Shown here one piece after another: positions 7,194 through 10,264 of a stretch of DNA of 10,264 bases. The notes under the pieces were generated by a model. It did not search any database. It was not told where the DNA came from and was given only the letters and a program-made list of their open reading frames with translations. The stretch comes from a virus (Duplodnaviria > Heunggongvirae > Uroviricota > Caudoviricetes), in IMG/VR virus record IMGVR_UViG_2534681701_000009. One strand, 5' to 3'. Every line of letters begins with the position of its first letter. Positions within the stretch are counted from its first letter, which is position 1. The translations under genes and the position numbers were made by a program.

Positions 7194-7411
7194 CCAACAT
7201 CCAGCTCATTGAAGCACAATGTCGCATCGAACAGGTTCAGACTGTTTTAGGGTTCTGGCTTGAAGGGGCCAGCCCCAGCAACAGAGACAAGTTAATGATT
7301 GGCGCGGTTATGTCACTGCTCAATGGCGTACCAGAAGCTATTCAGGAAGCGGACGAATTGTTGGGCAAATATGAGTTACAGAATCATTCAGGCGAGGCGA
7401 AACATGAATAA
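7190..7411 (+). CDS. small hypothetical protein, 73 aa
   Basis: ATGA start/stop overlap with upstream ORF. Confidence 0.55.
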   Translation: MTNIQLIEAQCRIEQVQTVLGFWLEGASPSNRDKLMIGAVMSLLNGVPEAIQEADELLGKYELQNHSGEAKHE

Positions 7412-8006
7412 TTTCTTAACTTTCCATGCAGAAGCAACGCCTGACGGCGTAAACATCATGTACCGCAGCAACGATGGCATGACAGAACGCGTTGAGACCG
7501 TCTCATATATTGATGCCGTAAATCGTCTGGATGCCGGGGATTATGACGATAAACCAGATGAAGGTATGTCAATACATCTCGCTATTGCCGATGGCGGCAA
7601 CCAGGGATATTTCGATTACACATCACAGCATAACGTCATTATGTGGAGATGGCTGATCGCAACAGTATTCATGCTGGAAATGAGAGAGGAAAACGGTACT
7701 GTCAGCATCATTGATGATACTGGCAATCCTTCCGAAGTGGCTGTTTATTCCAACGGCATCGTCGCCATGCCGCTGTATCCAGTAGCAGAGCGCCTCGCTA
7801 TGGCAAACAACATTGAGGGCGCGATGATAGAACGTTTTGGCATCGAGTCTGGCACAGAACGCGCCATCATTTTCTACAGAGCCATGATGGATGTGGAACA
7901 AGGAGCACTGACTCCATTTGGTCGTGAAACGCTTGCTGAACTTCACAACAGCTTTATAGCTGAACTGAATGAAAACGGCATGCCAGCGGAACCAGTGACG
8001 CACTGA
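7404..8006 (+). CDS. hypothetical protein, 200 aa (MNNFLTFHAEATPDG...)
   Basis: Start embedded in upstream stop as ATGAATAA, the same 8-nt junction as at 6739; preferred over the 7299 start, which would overlap the upstream ORF by 113 nt. Confidence 0.65.
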   Translation: MNNFLTFHAEATPDGVNIMYRSNDGMTERVETVSYIDAVNRLDAGDYDDKPDEGMSIHLAIADGGNQGYFDYTSQHNVIMWRWLIATVFMLEMREENGTVSIIDDTGNPSEVAVYSNGIVAMPLYPVAERLAMANNIEGAMIERFGIESGTERAIIFYRAMMDVEQGALTPFGRETLAELHNSFIAELNENGMPAEPVTH

Positions 8007-8016
8007 GGATGGAGCC

Positions 8017-8358
8017 ATGATTACTAAAAATTTCCGACTGAATGCGCTGGCAAATAAGTATGCGTCGGCACTGTATAACCACATTACCTCCACCAGCGGC
8101 GGGGACTATTTCATGGTTGATGCGGACGGCGAGGCCGTCCGTGTGGAAATCGTCAATGGAGTAAAAGGCGTTCGCAGCCTGATCGATAGCTACACACTGG
8201 CAGCCATGAAAGTGTTCTACCCGCAGTGGGAAACCGTGGGGATCGAGCTTCTTGAACGTTGCGTCACTAAGGACGGATTGACTGACGTCGGGCGTGAGAT
8301 ATGGCAAAGCATGGTTAATGACATGGGCGCAACTGTAGCGGGAGGTTCTCATGCGTGA
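8017..8358 (+). CDS. hypothetical protein, 113 aa
   Basis: GAGGATGGAG ribosome-binding site directly upstream of ATG; no family recognised. Confidence 0.65.
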   Translation: MITKNFRLNALANKYASALYNHITSTSGGDYFMVDADGEAVRVEIVNGVKGVRSLIDSYTLAAMKVFYPQWETVGIELLERCVTKDGLTDVGREIWQSMVNDMGATVAGGSHA

Positions 8359-8722
8359 AAATGCAGAAATGGCGCTTAGCTCCGCAATCGGAGAGCAGGT
8401 GGCAAAGATTGCTGGTGCTGTGTGGATTCATAACCTTCATTCTACTGGTGAAGAGAAAATGGTAATTCAGACGCCAGAGGGACGCACCATTACTACATCT
8501 CTGAAGCCGTCAGATGTTTGTGATCTGATTTGCGCATTCATGTACCCAGCAATGAGGACTGTCCACGGCGATAAGTGGAAACTTGCGACAACCGCTGAAT
8601 TTGATATGTGGCTAAACAATGATGGCATGCTGACTGATTACGGAATAACCAAGTGGCAGATGCTGGTTAGCCATATCGCAAACGCTATAGACCACGTGGG
8701 GTACGGTGATGCGAAACATTGA
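8351..8722 (+). CDS. hypothetical protein, 123 aa
   Basis: ATG overlaps upstream stop (ATGCGTGA); no family recognised. Confidence 0.65.
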   Translation: MRENAEMALSSAIGEQVAKIAGAVWIHNLHSTGEEKMVIQTPEGRTITTSLKPSDVCDLICAFMYPAMRTVHGDKWKLATTAEFDMWLNNDGMLTDYGITKWQMLVSHIANAIDHVGYGDAKH

Positions 8723-9336
8723 TCTTATCCGTCAGGTTATCAGTGCGTCTGAAAACAACTGGCCTCATGTGCTGGGCTGCCTGAACATAAATGTCCCTGA
8801 CTCTCCGCGCCGTCATGCTCCCTGCCCTGCATGTGGGGGCAAAGATCGATTCCGGTTCGATGACAACGGGCGCGGTAGCTTCATCTGTAATCAGTGCGGC
8901 GCTGGTGATGGGCTGGATTTAATTAAACGCGTAAATAACTGCGACACAACAGAGGCGGCGCTTCTTGCCGCTGATGTTCTGGGTATTGATTACCGGACAA
9001 CGGAAACACCAGAAGCCACCAGCCAGAAACGGGAACAACTGGAAACCGAGCGCCAGCGACGCGAACAGGAGCGCCTGAAAAGGGCAGAGAAGGACGAACA
9101 ACAAAGACGGGATACGTTTTCCCGTCAGTTTGATGACATGCGCAGAAAGGCTGTAAACGGCAAATCTGATTATCTGGTTGCGAAAGGGGTAGGTGATTTT
9201 ACATTCCCCGTGTTGCCCGATGGATCTCTGTTGCTGGCGCTGGTGGATAAATCCGGCGCAGTAACAGCAGCACAGACTATTACCTCACATGGTGAAAAAA
9301 GACTCCTGACAGGTTCAGCAAAGCGGGGGGCATATC
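8706..9336 (+). pseudogene. P4 alpha-type DNA primase, N-terminal ~210 codons only (zinc-binding domain and start of TOPRIM), truncated by IS186
   Basis: CPACGGKDRFRFDDNGRGSFICNQCGAGDGLDL is a primase zinc-ribbon motif; P4-type primase/helicases are ~700-800 aa, whereas this frame terminates a few codons inside IS186. Confidence 0.8.
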
Positions 9337-10264
9337 CATAAGCGCTAACTTAAGGGTTGTGGTATTACGCCTGATATGATTTAACGTGCCGATGAATTAC
9401 TCTCACGATAACTGGTCAGCAATTCTGGCCCATATTGGTAAGCCCGAAGAACTGGATACTTCGGCACGTAATGCCGGGGCTCTAACCCGCCGCCGCGAAA
9501 TTCGTGATGCTGCAACTCTGCTACGTCTGGGGCTGGCTTACGGCCCCGGGGGGATGTCATTACGTGAAGTCACTGCATGGGCTCAGCTCCATGACGTTGC
9601 AACATTATCTGACGTGGCTCTCCTGAAGCGGCTGCGGAATGCCGCCGACTGGTTTGGCATACTTGCCGCACAAACACTTGCTGTACGCGCCGCAGTTACG
9701 GGTTGTACAAGCGGAAAGAGATTGCGTCTTGTCGATGGAACAGCAATCAGTGCGCCCGGGGGCGGCAGCGCTGAATGGCGACTACATATGGGATATGATC
9801 CTCATACCTGTCAGTTCACTGATTTTGAGCTAACCGACAGCAGAGACGCTGAACGGCTGGACCGATTTGCGCAAACGGCAGACGAGATACGCATTGCTGA
9901 CCGGGGATTCGGTTCGCGTCCCGAATGTATCCGCTCACTTGCTTTTGGAGAAGCTGATTATATCGTCCGGGTTCACTGGCGAGGATTGCGCTGGTTAACT
10001 GCAGAAGGAATGCGCTTTGACATGATGGGTTTTCTGCGCGGGCTGGATTGCGGTAAGAACGGTGAAACCACTGTAATGATAGGCAATTCAGGTAATAAAA
10101 AAGCCGGAGCTCCCTTTCCGGCACGTCTCATTGCCGTATCACTTCCTCCCGAAAAAGCATTAATCAGTAAAACCCGACTGCTCAGCGAGAATCGTCGAAA
10201 AGGACGAGTAGTTCAGGCGGAAACGCTGGAAGCAGCGGGCCATGTGCTATTGCTAACATCATTA
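9337..10264 (+). mobile_element. IS186 (IS4 family), left end and first 928 bp; continues beyond window
   Basis: Begins CATAAGCGCTAACTTAAGGGTTG (IS186 terminal repeat as I recall it), inserted next to a GGGGGG run; contains the IS186 transposase N-terminus. Confidence 0.85.
9392..10264 (+). CDS. insL: IS186 transposase, N-terminal 291 codons; partial, open to the window end (not in the ORF track because no stop is reached)
   Basis: Translation MNYSHDNWSAILAHIGKPEELDTSARNAGALTRRREIRDAATLLRLGLAYGPGG... matches IS186 transposase from memory; frame is open for exactly 291 codons to base 10264. Confidence 0.85.
   Translation, partial: MNYSHDNWSAILAHIGKPEELDTSARNAGALTRRREIRDAATLLRLGLAYGPGGMSLREVTAWAQLHDVATLSDVALLKRLRNAADWFGILAAQTLAVRAAVTGCTSGKRLRLVDGTAISAPGGGSAEWRLHMGYDPHTCQFTDFELTDSRDAERLDRFAQTADEIRIADRGFGSRPECIRSLAFGEADYIVRVHWRGLRWLTAEGMRFDMMGFLRGLDCGKNGETTVMIGNSGNKKAGAPFPARLIAVSLPPEKALISKTRLLSENRRKGRVVQAETLEAAGHVLLLTSL

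Noticed and set aside
7299-7403. Upstream extension of the 200-aa ORF to 7299
   Set aside because: Would overlap the preceding ORF by 113 nt; the ATGAATAA coupled junction at 7404 fits the operon pattern.
7623-8352. Minus-strand ORFs 7623..8093 and 7954..8352 (156 and 132 aa)
   Set aside because: Antisense to three coupled plus-strand ORFs with ribosome-binding sites; His/Cys-rich, not protein-like.
8919-9104. Minus-strand 61-aa ORF inside the primase gene
   Set aside because: Antisense shadow ORF within a recognisable primase domain.
9639-10124. ORFs 9639..9833(+) and 9816..10124(-) inside IS186
   Set aside because: Alternate-frame or antisense ORFs within the IS186 transposase gene, which is open from 9392 to the window end.
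1-10264. CRISPR array or recognisable complete defence system (restriction-modification, toxin-antitoxin, Cas)
   Set aside because: No regularly spaced short repeats and no ORF with nuclease, methyltransferase or toxin signatures that I can recognise by eye; the classic P4 cargo hotspot next to psu would lie outside this window.

Overview
Enterobacterial (E. coli-like) chromosome at the proA-thrW junction, with a P4-like integrative element inserted at the 3' side of tRNA-Thr and running off the right edge of the window. Left to right: complete proA (1..1254), tRNA-Thr thrW (1369..1444), an attL-like repeat region, a P4-family tyrosine integrase (1610..2824), an alpA-like regulator gene split by a complete IS1 (3278..4045, with 9-bp target duplication CATTAATTC), then a tightly coupled module of unknown genes including an AntA-type antirepressor-like protein (4233..5685). 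Next comes a candidate terminator/promoter/structured-RNA region resembling a phage C4/CI-type antisense immunity locus, directly upstream of an Icd-like small ORF (6341..6535). A chain of translationally coupled small ORFs follows (6528..8722), ending in a zinc-finger primase gene (from 8706) that is truncated at ~9336 by a partial IS186 (9337 to window end). No CRISPR array, rRNA or recognisable complete defence system was found. Nothing here is a demonstrably novel system; the most interesting items are the putative immunity RNA/icd locus, an anomalously long open frame across it, the two IS hits that inactivate core element genes, and several uncharacterised coupled ORFs. All identifications rest on reading the sequence and recalled family knowledge; no database search was run.
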